From positions 27,276-91,275 of IMG/VR virus record IMGVR_UViG_3300014819_000003: a DNA stretch of 64,000 bases; one strand, given 5' to 3'. This DNA is from a virus. Under the pieces are notes generated by a model. That model did no database searches, was not told the DNA's origin, and was given only the letters and a program-made list of their open reading frames with translations. Below are positions 19,636 to 30,330 of the stretch, piece after piece (the first letter of the stretch is position 1; every line of letters starts with the position of its first letter). Made by a program: the position numbers and the translations under genes.

Positions 19636-22600
19636 GTGTTTGTAAGTGAAGCATTAAAGACCCATCTTGAAACATCAGCAACAATAAACTTACAGTCTTT
19701 AGTTTTGGCTGAGTGGAATATGAATATGCCAGATAATATTTTTAAGGTTGGAAACTATCGATATAGACCTACAACAACTGGCTCTATATATAGAACACTC
19801 CCATCCACATTTGATCAGTTAGATGCTGGTAACTACTATACTGGCGCTACTGATGCAGATGTAGTTATAGATGGTGGTTTTGATAATACTGGTACACCAC
19901 AACAATTTACATTAACTAAAGATAAAATGAAAATGATTTATTCTTTAGAAGATTGTTTAAAACCATTTAGACCTAGATCTGGAATTAATAAAGCCTTATA
20001 TGTTTCTGGTAGATATCTTGCAAATTCTGGAGCAAATCTTGCAGAGCGTCCAAGATACTATATGCCATCAAGATATGATCAATTTAGATACTGGACTTCT
20101 TATAGAACAGAAGAAGGCGCTGAATATGGAATTGCAAAAAATGTATCAAATGGATTATATTTTATTGATGATGCCGTTCCATTTGTTGTTTATAAAGAAC
20201 CAGTTCCAGTAAACAGAGTTGTAGTAAAAATGCAAACAAATGTTGGATCTGTAGACCTTGGTCCATTTGCTACAAACACAGGAAGCATTAGCGATCCTTT
20301 ATTTGGAGATGCTAATAAAACAACTCCAGCAAGATGGAAAATTCAATATCTTGATGGAACAAACTGGACTGATCTATACGTAATTAATGAGTTTGATACA
20401 AGAGATAACGAAACAAATTCTTCTATTATAAGTTCAGATGGATATGTTGAATTAGAATACGGACTAATCATTCCAGATGCATATAAAGATATTTTTATAT
20501 TTGCAGAACAACTATCATCAGATACTATGCTTCCAGAATCCAATATTACTGGATATGCATATTTAATTGTAGAAAACGATGGAGAAGTTGGAACCTTTCA
20601 TATTTGGACTGGCACAGAATATGAAACATTTACTCCAACATATGGTTGGTCTCTTGGGTCTGAAACAATAACAAATCAAACAAACTTTGTAAATGATTTA
20701 ACATCTCCGCAAACATTTACTGATGGAGTTGGCGGCGGTACAAAGTATAGACAATTTCAATACCTAAAGGGATTACGCATAGTAGTAGATACTATGAATA
20801 AACTAGATTCAACATTTGATCTTATTGAAATGTCACCACGTTTAGTAGTAGATATATCTGATAAGGTTATTGACTATAGAGTAACAAAGATGCTCTCTGA
20901 TCTTGGAAATAGTTCTATTCCAGTAGGTCAACTACTCGCATCAACTGGACAGATGACAATGTTTGATGATGATCAAGCCTTTAATGATAATAATACTAAT
21001 AGCATAGTTTCTAACTACCTCCGTAAAAATATAAAATTTAATTTCTATGAAAAAATTATAAATGTTGATGGCTTTGATTATTTTATACCAATTAAAACTT
21101 TATACTCAGATGGTTTTCCACAAGCAGACGTTACTGGGGCAACAGTTTCTTTAGGACTAAGAGACTTTTATTTCTTTTTAGAGTCAATGCCAGCACCAAG
21201 ACTATTGATGACTGAAACCTCATTAAGCATGGCCGTATCAACGCTTTTAGATTATATTGGTTTTTCAAATTATACTTTTAGAAGAGTAACTGGTGAATCA
21301 GATCCTGTAATACCATTTTTCTTTGTTGCACCAGATCAAAGCGTTGCAGAGGTCTTAAACCAATTAGCAATAGCAACACAGACAGCAATGTTCTTTGATG
21401 AATACAATAACTTTATTGTAATGAGCAAAGACTATTTGCTTCCAGAGTCAGGAAATCGTAGCACTGATTTTATATTATCTGGATCAAATAATCAAACAGA
21501 TAATGGAGTTATTAAAAACTCAACATCTGGAAATCTTCCAAATATAATTTCAATATCTTCGCAGGATAAAAAAATATATAATGATGGCAAAATTACATAT
21601 ACTACAAGATATATTCAAAGAACTTTTGGTGTAAGAAAACAAGCAGATAAGTTAGAATCTGAACAAACATGGATTTACCTACCATCACTGCTATGGGAAG
21701 TTGCTGGTACTGAAGAAACCAGATCAAGAAACAATGCAGCACAACAGGCAAGTGCTTATGCTTTAGGTGCTATTCCAATTAACTCCTCCTTAACATCTTC
21801 AGTTCCATCTGTATCTAATGGTGCTGTAATAAATAACATTATGGATCTTGGAGAGGGAATATTTTATTTGCCAAGGTATCAAGGATACTTCTATTCTAAT
21901 GGAGAGATTATAAAATTTGATGCAGTTCAATTTAATATAACTGGAACTGGAAATGTATGGATTAGTAGTAATCAAGAATATCAGAGATACTTTGCTTCCC
22001 TGCCATTTAACGGAAAGATCTATCCTACAGGGCTAGTTAGAATATATTCCTTGCCATACTATGAGACGGTAGATGGAAATACAAGAATGAAATCTGGAGC
22101 AGTCTATCAACATGGTCGTGGACAATTTGGAACACCAGTTGTAGAACATACTGCTGGTATCAATGAGTATTGGACAAATAATGATTATGTTCGTGGTTGT
22201 GATATGCAAACTCAGTATTTATTTACAACTGTATTAGATGAAGATATAAATCCTCCATCTACAACAGTGGCTGCTGCTGGACAAAATAATACACTGGCTA
22301 GACAAACAACTAGAAATGGTATTATAAAAAATTTTATGGCAACAAACTATTTAACAGAAACACAAGTTAATAACTTAAAAAGCACTCAATCTGGAACTAT
22401 ACAGTCCTCTGCTTTTGTTATGAATGGCCCATCTTTTAAAACTACAGAAACACCATTAAACTTTGTTTCATACGTTTATAAAAATTTAGATAATGCATAC
22501 AGGCACTTTGGAACAAGATTAAGAATCATAGGCAAGATTGAAAACAATGAAGTTCGTGGACAAACTCCAATTGGCAGCACTCCATATTTCCAAATTACTG

Positions 22601-23955
22601 GATCTGGTACAAATCAAAATATTAGCATAGGTGGAGGATCTGGTGGTCTAGCAGTTCTTCTAAATCCAGAAACAAACAATGGATACTATTTTGAGATAGT
22701 TGCCCTTACAGAAAATAATATAGAGCAATACCTAAAGCGTGACAGTAAAACTGGTCAAGCGCAGGTATCTGTAAACAATATAGTTTTTTATAAAGTAAAA
22801 AAGGACTCATCAAACAACAATGCCATTCCTATTAAACTTTGGGGTGGCCTAACAAATATATTAGTAGATGATGGAAGATTTACTGGACAGTATAGAAGGA
22901 CGGCAGAAGAAAATCCAACAGTATATGATTTGTCCGTAGAGTATCAAGATATAGGAAACTTTAGAAGATTCTATCTATATATAAACAATAAGTTAATTAA
23001 AATTGTTGATGATAAAGATCCACTTCCAGTTTATAATAACATGGCTCTTTTTGTAAGAGGATCTTCAAGATGTATGTTTGAAAATATATATGCCTTAACA
23101 AATAATTATGCACAAAATACTGTATTTACAGTTGGAGAAACTTTGTCAAGTGCTTTTGGAGATAAAGAGATTGATGCTAATGAATCATTAAGAAAATATG
23201 CAATGAGTGGTATTGTTCAATCTACATACCTGTCTGGAATTAGTACGCAACAGCCACCTAAATACAATATGTACTTTGATGAGTTCGGCAGTATTATGCG
23301 TGAGTGTGCATATTTTGATATTAGATATGATCGTGCGTACCCTGCTCTTTATGCAAAAATAGCACCGACATTTAATAGAATGAAAGGCTATAGCATATCT
23401 GGATTTCAGGCTGATTCATATGGAGCAGAATTTTTAGTGTTTAACACTACGGATACTGTACTAGTTCTTGATGATACAAGTGGTAACTATTTAAGAATTT
23501 TAGGTATAACATTTACCCAAGATACAACACATGAATTATCTGTTGATGAATACTTTAAAAAGAAAAGCAATTTATCAGATCCAGAATTTGAAGGTGATTC
23601 AATAACCACTTCTGCCTTAGTAGAAAAATCTAAATATGATGAGATAAAACTAAGTAGATTGATATATGGTAAAAGTGAATTTGCTTTAGAAAGTCAATAC
23701 ATTCAGTCTCAAGATGATGCAGAAAGTATACTTGGATGGATTATAAATAAAACTAAAGATCCAAAAAAGGCAATAGGTTTAGAGGTGTTTACAATTCCTA
23801 CCTTGCAGTTAGGTGACATTGTTACAGTTACATATCAAAATAATGACGGTCTAGATTTAGTTACAGATTCGGAAACAAGATTTGTAGTATATAATATTGA
23901 TTATTCTAGATCAAATGCTGGACCAAGTATGACTTTATATTTGAGTGAGGTGTAG
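19636..23955 (+). CDS. Tail tip/baseplate hub protein
   Basis: 1439 aa after Dit; C-terminal YIQSQDDA..PTLQLGDIVTV hub motif. Confidence 0.7.
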   Translation: MFVSEALKTHLETSATINLQSLVLAEWNMNMPDNIFKVGNYRYRPTTTGSIYRTLPSTFDQLDAGNYYTGATDADVVIDGGFDNTGTPQQFTLTKDKMKMIYSLEDCLKPFRPRSGINKALYVSGRYLANSGANLAERPRYYMPSRYDQFRYWTSYRTEEGAEYGIAKNVSNGLYFIDDAVPFVVYKEPVPVNRVVVKMQTNVGSVDLGPFATNTGSISDPLFGDANKTTPARWKIQYLDGTNWTDLYVINEFDTRDNETNSSIISSDGYVELEYGLIIPDAYKDIFIFAEQLSSDTMLPESNITGYAYLIVENDGEVGTFHIWTGTEYETFTPTYGWSLGSETITNQTNFVNDLTSPQTFTDGVGGGTKYRQFQYLKGLRIVVDTMNKLDSTFDLIEMSPRLVVDISDKVIDYRVTKMLSDLGNSSIPVGQLLASTGQMTMFDDDQAFNDNNTNSIVSNYLRKNIKFNFYEKIINVDGFDYFIPIKTLYSDGFPQADVTGATVSLGLRDFYFFLESMPAPRLLMTETSLSMAVSTLLDYIGFSNYTFRRVTGESDPVIPFFFVAPDQSVAEVLNQLAIATQTAMFFDEYNNFIVMSKDYLLPESGNRSTDFILSGSNNQTDNGVIKNSTSGNLPNIISISSQDKKIYNDGKITYTTRYIQRTFGVRKQADKLESEQTWIYLPSLLWEVAGTEETRSRNNAAQQASAYALGAIPINSSLTSSVPSVSNGAVINNIMDLGEGIFYLPRYQGYFYSNGEIIKFDAVQFNITGTGNVWISSNQEYQRYFASLPFNGKIYPTGLVRIYSLPYYETVDGNTRMKSGAVYQHGRGQFGTPVVEHTAGINEYWTNNDYVRGCDMQTQYLFTTVLDEDINPPSTTVAAAGQNNTLARQTTRNGIIKNFMATNYLTETQVNNLKSTQSGTIQSSAFVMNGPSFKTTETPLNFVSYVYKNLDNAYRHFGTRLRIIGKIENNEVRGQTPIGSTPYFQITGSGTNQNISIGGGSGGLAVLLNPETNNGYYFEIVALTENNIEQYLKRDSKTGQAQVSVNNIVFYKVKKDSSNNNAIPIKLWGGLTNILVDDGRFTGQYRRTAEENPTVYDLSVEYQDIGNFRRFYLYINNKLIKIVDDKDPLPVYNNMALFVRGSSRCMFENIYALTNNYAQNTVFTVGETLSSAFGDKEIDANESLRKYAMSGIVQSTYLSGISTQQPPKYNMYFDEFGSIMRECAYFDIRYDRAYPALYAKIAPTFNRMKGYSISGFQADSYGAEFLVFNTTDTVLVLDDTSGNYLRILGITFTQDTTHELSVDEYFKKKSNLSDPEFEGDSITTSALVEKSKYDEIKLSRLIYGKSEFALESQYIQSQDDAESILGWIINKTKDPKKAIGLEVFTIPTLQLGDIVTVTYQNNDGLDLVTDSETRFVVYNIDYSRSNAGPSMTLYLSEV

Positions 23956-23956
23956 T

Positions 23957-24925
23957 ATGGCACGTCTTGAAGATGATGCAATTCCACCAATTATTAAAAA
24001 ACCATCTACATCTGAGTTTGATACTGCAATAAGAAATATTAAACAAATAATTGCAGATTCACAAGCAGCAAGAGAGGCTAGACAAAAGGCTGCTGCAGAG
24101 AAAAAAGCACAACTTGATGCACAACGTGAGGCTGCATTTGCTCCGATATATGAAAGAATAGAAACTGCAAGGCAGAATGTAGCAGCAATTAAAGAAGATT
24201 TAGCAGATGGAGTTTATAAAGGTACTCCGATAGTAACTCCAACTCCAACACCTACTCCAAAACCAAAAACTGTAACAGGTGTAACTTATGTAGGAACATG
24301 TTTAAATAGAAAAAAGATAACATCGTATTCTGATGGAACAACAACTTCAGAGTCTGCACCAGAAAATTGTGATGATGGTAATAATGGAGGATTTAGCACA
24401 AGTCTAATAGATACACCGACTACGCCTACTCCAACGCCACCACCAACTCCTACAAAGCCTCCAGCCCCACCACCTCCTCCACCTCCACCACCTAAAACAG
24501 CACCTATAGATACTGTATTAATTGATCAAGAAGCAGTAGATATTGAGATAATGCAAGATCTTATATGGGAAGATATTGGTGGACATGAACTTATTAATAT
24601 TGCTAGAAATGATATTGTTAATGGACAAACTGTTTCGTATCAGCCAATAAAAAATTTAACAACAATCAATCAGCAATATAATCCTAATAATATTGTTAGT
24701 CTTCAAAATACCTCCGATAAATACTTTGCAAACTTTTCAATTAAACTTGAAACAAAGACTTTAGAAGAGGGCGAGGGTAGCGGACCAGACGGAGCATATG
24801 TATATATAGAAGATGCTACAGGGGATCTAATAGTAGAACTTATCAACTTAGAGCCTGATGAACAAATAGAAGTTCAAATCAGCCTAAGTGGTACAATATA
24901 TGAGGCGGAGTTTAATGAATCATGA
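23957..24925 (+). CDS. Minor tail protein with Pro/Thr-rich linkers
   Basis: SD GAGGTG; TP repeats and polyproline tract; tail-tip cluster. Confidence 0.55.
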   Translation: MARLEDDAIPPIIKKPSTSEFDTAIRNIKQIIADSQAAREARQKAAAEKKAQLDAQREAAFAPIYERIETARQNVAAIKEDLADGVYKGTPIVTPTPTPTPKPKTVTGVTYVGTCLNRKKITSYSDGTTTSESAPENCDDGNNGGFSTSLIDTPTTPTPTPPPTPTKPPAPPPPPPPPPKTAPIDTVLIDQEAVDIEIMQDLIWEDIGGHELINIARNDIVNGQTVSYQPIKNLTTINQQYNPNNIVSLQNTSDKYFANFSIKLETKTLEEGEGSGPDGAYVYIEDATGDLIVELINLEPDEQIEVQISLSGTIYEAEFNES

Positions 24926-26055
24926 TAACTAATACTGGTAAGAATATTATTGGCAAGTACCTGCTTGGACAGGCACCTGCATATGCATCCTATATAGCCG
25001 TTGGATGCGGTCCAGAGCCTCTATCAACAGCAGACCCATATGGTAACTACGCCACAAAAGAAAACCTTGACTTTGAAATGTTTCGTGTACCAATCTCATC
25101 AAGAGGTTTTATTAATGATGCGGGTATAACAAAACTAGTATTGACTGCAGAATTGCCGACGGAAGAAAGATATGAAATAACAGAAGTAGGATTATATTCA
25201 GCAGGAACAAACCCATCTGCTGGAGCATATGATAGTAAGACTGTATTTGCATTTACTACTGGAGAGACGTGGCAATATCATTCTGCTACCTCGGCAGTTG
25301 AGATAGATACTATAACTGTAGCACTTGATGATCCAAGTGTCGGTGGAGCAGAAGATGACATAATTGCAGTATCAGATGTTGTATTTCAAACAAACGCTGA
25401 TAATGCTACATTCTATAATGTAGATAGAGCAGATAGATATGAAAGATGCAGATTTTTTAATAACATAATTGTAATACAAGGAGATACTGCCGAATTAACA
25501 TCCGCAACATCTGGTTTTACAATTGTTGCAGGATCTGATCATATTCATAAAACTGGTATTGATGTAGACTTTACAAGAAATGCACCAACTGATGAACTTC
25601 GTCTTGCATTTTCTATTATAAACAAAGACGGTGGATCTGCCTCATCTCCTACTAAAGTAAAAATATTGGTTGAGTTTGCTGATACTGAAGGTGGATCTCC
25701 AGAATATGCTAGGTTTGAAGTTGAAGCACAAGACGGTGTAGGAAACTATGATTTTGCAAATAATAGATATTATGTTGTAACAAAACAACTTCAAGATCTA
25801 ATAGTTACAAATAACTTTACATGGGATGCAGTAACTGTTGTTAAGATTTATGTTTCAACAGAGGTTACAGGAAGTCCATCAGATGATTACTATGTGGCAC
25901 TAGATGCTATGCGATTAGAAAATGTAACTACGTCTAACCCACTTTATGGACTAACTGGTTATACCGTCGTTAAAAATACAGATGCAGAAACTGTTATTAA
26001 ATCACCAAATACCAGTAACTATATAGAATTTAGATTTTCTGTCGGAGTTTCATAA
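24922..26055 (+). CDS. Minor tail/baseplate protein
   Basis: MITNTGK..YIAVG..ITEVGLY N-terminal pattern of tail fibre/baseplate attachment domains. Confidence 0.6.
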   Translation: MITNTGKNIIGKYLLGQAPAYASYIAVGCGPEPLSTADPYGNYATKENLDFEMFRVPISSRGFINDAGITKLVLTAELPTEERYEITEVGLYSAGTNPSAGAYDSKTVFAFTTGETWQYHSATSAVEIDTITVALDDPSVGGAEDDIIAVSDVVFQTNADNATFYNVDRADRYERCRFFNNIIVIQGDTAELTSATSGFTIVAGSDHIHKTGIDVDFTRNAPTDELRLAFSIINKDGGSASSPTKVKILVEFADTEGGSPEYARFEVEAQDGVGNYDFANNRYYVVTKQLQDLIVTNNFTWDAVTVVKIYVSTEVTGSPSDDYYVALDAMRLENVTTSNPLYGLTGYTVVKNTDAETVIKSPNTSNYIEFRFSVGVS

Positions 26056-26474
26056 TGGCAAATAAAATTTTAAGAATTCCAAAAAATCAACTTCCACCAG
26101 TTCCATCAGACAATAAATATTCTGTTAGATTTAGAGTTGTATCAGAAGATAAAAACAGATCTTCTCATTGGTCCCCAATTCATATAATTGATTCTACTGC
26201 CCCAGTAGCAGTTAATGGAACTGTTGTTGTTAATGGAAGCGCAATAACTGCAATTTGGGAAGACGAAGAAGGTCGTCCATATTATGATGTTTTTGTAAAA
26301 TTTGATTCTGGAACATATCAATATCACGGCACCACTGGAGTTCATAGTTATAATTTTTTAAAAGCGGCTGCAGCAACTAGCACAGTTCGTGTAGCAGTAC
26401 AAATCGCTGGAGCACCACCAAAAGCAAGAAATGCAACATTAGAAATTTGGGAATCATCAGTAACCTCATTGTAG
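26055..26474 (+). CDS. Minor tail protein (FN3/Ig-like)
   Basis: Beta-rich, YSVRFRVVS..SHWS pattern. Confidence 0.45.
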   Translation: MANKILRIPKNQLPPVPSDNKYSVRFRVVSEDKNRSSHWSPIHIIDSTAPVAVNGTVVVNGSAITAIWEDEEGRPYYDVFVKFDSGTYQYHGTTGVHSYNFLKAAAATSTVRVAVQIAGAPPKARNATLEIWESSVTSL

Positions 26475-26506
26475 GCTCTACTGGTATAATTGACTAAAGG
26501 AGAAAT

Positions 26507-26950
26507 ATGGCAAAAGTACCACTACCAGAACGAGGTCAGCCTCTTGATGTAACTTATATTTATCAATTGGCAGAAACCATCAACGATCTGGCAACTCAGG
26601 TATCATCTGCTACCTATAACTATACTACTATTGATACTGTTAGTGCTGGAAAACAAAGTGTAAAAACATCAGAGGCTAGAGTAATCGGCGGGTATGTAGA
26701 AGTAGCCAATAACTCTACAGTAAGCGCAGGTAATGAAAAGACTTTTTCATACGACTTTCCATCAGACTTTAAATATGCACCAATTGCTACAGCAACACCT
26801 ATTAACATAGGTAATACACCAGCAGGACAAAATGTTACAGTTATTTTAAAATCAGTAACTACATCAAGAGTTGAAGGCGTAGTTCGCTTTGGTGCATCTG
26901 GCGATCTTTCGCTTAACGTAAATATTATTGTTGTTGGTATTCCAAACTAA
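26507..26950 (+). CDS. Minor tail protein with H-type lectin/gp53-like C-terminus
   Basis: FPSDFKYAPIATAT...VNIIVVG pattern; promoter TGGTATAAT 26482-26490, SD AAGGAG. Confidence 0.5.
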   Translation: MAKVPLPERGQPLDVTYIYQLAETINDLATQVSSATYNYTTIDTVSAGKQSVKTSEARVIGGYVEVANNSTVSAGNEKTFSYDFPSDFKYAPIATATPINIGNTPAGQNVTVILKSVTTSRVEGVVRFGASGDLSLNVNIIVVGIPN

Positions 26951-26959
26951 GGGGTAATT

Positions 26960-27154
26960 TTGGTTCTTCGTTGCAAAAAGTGCAATGGCAGAATGTTTGT
27001 TGACAGACAGTATTCTAGTCAGATACACTTAGAGATATATTGCTTGGCGTGTGGTAATAGGAAGTTTTTCCATCCCCCGTCAGACAGCAAGGAGGGTTTA
27101 TGGCTCATGGCCCAAGAAACATTGAGAGCAAAGACTATAATAACAAGCCTGTAA
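26960..27154 (+). CDS. Small zinc-ribbon protein
   Basis: CKKC..CLAC. Confidence 0.6.
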   Translation: MVLRCKKCNGRMFVDRQYSSQIHLEIYCLACGNRKFFHPPSDSKEGLWLMAQETLRAKTIITSL

Positions 27155-27642
27155 TTAAAGGTAATAAAAAGATTTGGTTTCTTAATGGTGACCTTGTAAG
27201 ACTTTATCATAGTTCTAGATCAACAGGAATGGTAACTGTTTATAATATTACAAAAGATAGATTGGAAACTTGCTTGCGATACGATTTTAGAAAAAATAGA
27301 GAAAGAGCGTTCACTGTATCAGAAACTGCTCAACTTGTCAATAGGCATCGTAAATATTTTCCATCATTAGTGAAAAAAGGAATTATTCCACCACCTATGG
27401 GATCACAGCCTGGAGGGGTTCGTGGTTGGCAAATAAGAGCATATTATTCCGAATCGCAAGTTAAAGAGATTCGTGATATACTCGCTAGTTATCATCTAGG
27501 TAGACCTAGAAAAGATAAGTTAATTACAAATGGAATTACACCAACAAAGCAAGAGTTGACACGCAGAATTGGTGATGGTATACTGACATATACGAAAACT
27601 GAAGATGGAAGATTTGTTCCAGTTTGGTCAGAAAAGATTTAG
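27100..27642 (+). CDS. MerR-like helix-turn-helix DNA-binding protein
   Basis: FTVSETAQLVNRH..GIIPPP..RAYYSESQV; SD AAGGAGG. Confidence 0.65.
   Translation: MAHGPRNIESKDYNNKPVIKGNKKIWFLNGDLVRLYHSSRSTGMVTVYNITKDRLETCLRYDFRKNRERAFTVSETAQLVNRHRKYFPSLVKKGIIPPPMGSQPGGVRGWQIRAYYSESQVKEIRDILASYHLGRPRKDKLITNGITPTKQELTRRIGDGILTYTKTEDGRFVPVWSEKI
27556..27584 (+). promoter_or_regulatory. Sigma-A-type promoter for replication genes
   Basis: TTGACA-N17-TATACT with extended TG, inside 3' end of HTH gene. Confidence 0.7.
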
Positions 27643-27657
27643 TCCTTGGGAGGGGCA

Positions 27658-27867
27658 ATGGAAAAAGAGAGCACAAAGGTATCAGCAACACTTGGCTACA
27701 CACTTAATCTTGGTAACTTTCAGTCATTGAGAGTTGATCTTGGAGTTGTAGATAATGTTCGTGATAATGAAAATGTAGACGAAGCAATGAATCGTATATA
27801 TGATTTTGTTGAGAGCAAAGTTATTGAAAAGGTTAATGAAGCAAAGGCAGCACTGGTAGAAGAATAA
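27658..27867 (+). CDS. Hypothetical protein (TLNLGNFQSLRVD)
   Basis: SD GGAGGGG; coupled to next gene. Confidence 0.7.
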   Translation: MEKESTKVSATLGYTLNLGNFQSLRVDLGVVDNVRDNENVDEAMNRIYDFVESKVIEKVNEAKAALVEE

Positions 27868-27868
27868 T

Positions 27869-28177
27869 ATGGCTGATCGCAAAGACCGTATGGCTTTGCT
27901 CAGTCGGTATAACAAACTGCATTTGCAAAGGTACGAAAAGAAGTCTACACTCAACCTTAATGTTGAGCAATGGGCTGCTGATGCACTTGTTGAATCATAT
28001 GGACTTCAGCAATGTTATGATTTACTAACATATTATTTTGAGATATCTAAAAATCCATCTTGGAATAGTTTTGCTTATAACGCACAAGATTTGCTTGATG
28101 GTAAAATTGCTATAGAACAAGATTTAAAAGAACGTGAAGAGCGCAGGGCAAAGGCTAGGGAGTGGCTAAATGGTTGA
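27869..28177 (+). CDS. Hypothetical protein, possible helicase loader
   Basis: Overlaps start of DnaB; helical. Confidence 0.45.
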   Translation: MADRKDRMALLSRYNKLHLQRYEKKSTLNLNVEQWAADALVESYGLQQCYDLLTYYFEISKNPSWNSFAYNAQDLLDGKIAIEQDLKEREERRAKAREWLNG

Positions 28178-29396
28178 TATAGAATCTAAATTAATTTCTG
28201 CAGTTCTTAATGATAAACAGATACATGTATTACTTCAGGCTAATGTAGAAAATATTATGCGAACCCATACAGATGTATGGCAGTTCATTCGTAGGTATGC
28301 TGAGACTAATGGCTCAGTACCTCCAGTTTCTTTGGTAGTTGAGAAGTTTAGAGATTTTGTTCCAGATAAAGAAGTAGGCGCTACCAAACATCATCTAGAA
28401 GAATTGCAAGTTGAGTATTTAAATGAAAGCGTAAAAGACATTCTTAGATCTGCAGCATCAGAGGTGCAGGCAGGAAATGGAACAGCAGCACTAAATGATT
28501 TAATTACAAAAACATCAGAGTTGAAGAAAAATACTTCAACCATTCGTGATATTGATGCTACAGATATTCAGTCTGCTATCGCATATTTTGAAAATGTCCG
28601 TAAGGAACAAGAGTTAGGCAAGATAGGTATCAGAACTGGTCTGCCAGGATTTGACAATTATCTCCCATCTGGAATCATGCCAGGTCAACTCGGTATCTTT
28701 CTTGCCTATCCAGGAATTGGTAAGTCATGGCTATCTTTGTACTTTGCAGTACAGGCATGGAAGCAAGGTAAGACTCCGTTGGTTATCAGTCTTGAAATGT
28801 CTGAGGTAGAAGTTCGTAACCGTGTCTATGCAATTATGGGTGAAGGCTTATGGTCGCATCGTAAACTTAGCAATGGTGAAGTAGAAATAGATATGCTTAA
28901 GAAATGGCATACAGATAGAATTGAAGGCAAGCCACCATTCCATATTATTTCTAATGATAACGGTGGCGAGATTACTCCATCTGTAATTCGTGGCAAGATA
29001 GATCAATATAAACCAGACTTTGTTATTGTTGACTACTTGCAACTTATGAGTCCAAACCAAAAGTCTGATAATGAGACGGTACGAATGAAGAACCTTTCAC
29101 GAGAACTAAAACTTATGTCTATTAGTGAAGAAGTTCCTATTATCTCTATTTCTTCTGCTACACCTGATGATGTTACAAATCTAAATACCGTGCCAACTTT
29201 GGGTCAAACAGCATGGTCACGACAGATTGCATATGATGCAGACTGGGTTCTTGCACTTGGTCGTGCAGCAAACAGTGATATTATTGAATGTGCATTTAGG
29301 AAAAACCGTAATGGTTTTATGGGAGACTTCCTAATTCAGGTTGACTTTGACAAAGGCTATTACAGATATAAAGACTTTGAGGCTGCAAATGTTTAA
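28170..29396 (+). CDS. dnaB: Replicative DNA helicase (DnaB-like)
   Basis: AYPGIGKS, ISLEMS, VIVDYLQLM, IAYDAD, KNRNG. Confidence 0.92.
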   Translation: MVDIESKLISAVLNDKQIHVLLQANVENIMRTHTDVWQFIRRYAETNGSVPPVSLVVEKFRDFVPDKEVGATKHHLEELQVEYLNESVKDILRSAASEVQAGNGTAALNDLITKTSELKKNTSTIRDIDATDIQSAIAYFENVRKEQELGKIGIRTGLPGFDNYLPSGIMPGQLGIFLAYPGIGKSWLSLYFAVQAWKQGKTPLVISLEMSEVEVRNRVYAIMGEGLWSHRKLSNGEVEIDMLKKWHTDRIEGKPPFHIISNDNGGEITPSVIRGKIDQYKPDFVIVDYLQLMSPNQKSDNETVRMKNLSRELKLMSISEEVPIISISSATPDDVTNLNTVPTLGQTAWSRQIAYDADWVLALGRAANSDIIECAFRKNRNGFMGDFLIQVDFDKGYYRYKDFEAANV

Positions 29397-30312
29397 TGAA
29401 ACATACACAGAAGAACAAGTAGAGCGAGTCCTAAATGGGGTAGGTATTGAACCTGCATCAGAGACAGAAAGTAACTTTATGGTTTTCTGTCCGTTTCATA
29501 ATAATTCTCGTACGCCAGCAGGAACTGTATCCAAGGAAAAGGGTTTGTTCTTTTGCTTTGGCTGCCAGACAAGCAAGAATCTTGTAGAGTTTGTTATGGC
29601 TATATCAAATAGATCTTATTTTGAATCTGTTAGATATATTAAGCAGAAAGATAGCGAGACAGACATTACACAACTTGTAAACAAAAAGTTGTATGTTGCT
29701 CCTGAATTTGTGCAGTTTGACGAGGTATTAATCAAGAGACTAAACAATCAAGCACTAGAAACACCAAGAGCCATGAACTATTTTCATAGTCGTAGAATAA
29801 CAGAGGCATCTGTTAATAAGTTTACTCTTGGATATTCAGATAAGCAAGACTATGTGACAATACCAGTTCAGTCTCCAGATGGCATGACTATTGGTTTTGT
29901 AGCAAGATCTATAGAAGGCAAAGAGTTTAAAAATACACCAGGTCTTCCAAAATCAAAGATACTATTTAATCTTCATAGAGTTAGATCGTCTAAATTTATT
30001 TATGTAGTTGAATCATCTTTTGATGCAATCAGATTAGACCAAGTAGGTTTCCCCGCAGTTGCTACCCTAGGGGCTAATGTTTCATCTGTTCAGATGGATC
30101 TATTGGAAAAGTATTTCAGCGATGTTATACTTGTAGCAGACAATGATGAAGCAGGTTCTACAATGATAGAGCGTATTGTTGGAAAGATAGGCTCAAAAGT
30201 ATCTGTTTTAAACATTGACAAAAAATATAAAGACATAGGCGAAATGAGCGACGAGGAAATCAAAAAACTAGAATATAAGTTTGACAACTCTATAGTCGCT
30301 ATGCTAAAATAG
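29389..30312 (+). CDS. dnaG: DNA primase (CHC2 zinc finger + Toprim)
   Basis: CPFH..CFGC; VVES.FD, ATLG, DND. Confidence 0.9.
   Translation: MFNETYTEEQVERVLNGVGIEPASETESNFMVFCPFHNNSRTPAGTVSKEKGLFFCFGCQTSKNLVEFVMAISNRSYFESVRYIKQKDSETDITQLVNKKLYVAPEFVQFDEVLIKRLNNQALETPRAMNYFHSRRITEASVNKFTLGYSDKQDYVTIPVQSPDGMTIGFVARSIEGKEFKNTPGLPKSKILFNLHRVRSSKFIYVVESSFDAIRLDQVGFPAVATLGANVSSVQMDLLEKYFSDVILVADNDEAGSTMIERIVGKIGSKVSVLNIDKKYKDIGEMSDEEIKKLEYKFDNSIVAMLK
30281..30310 (+). promoter_or_regulatory. Sigma-A-type promoter for SSB/DnaE
   Basis: TTGACA-N18-TAAAAT with extended TG. Confidence 0.6.
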
Positions 30313-30330
30313 AAAAAACAAGGAGAAACA

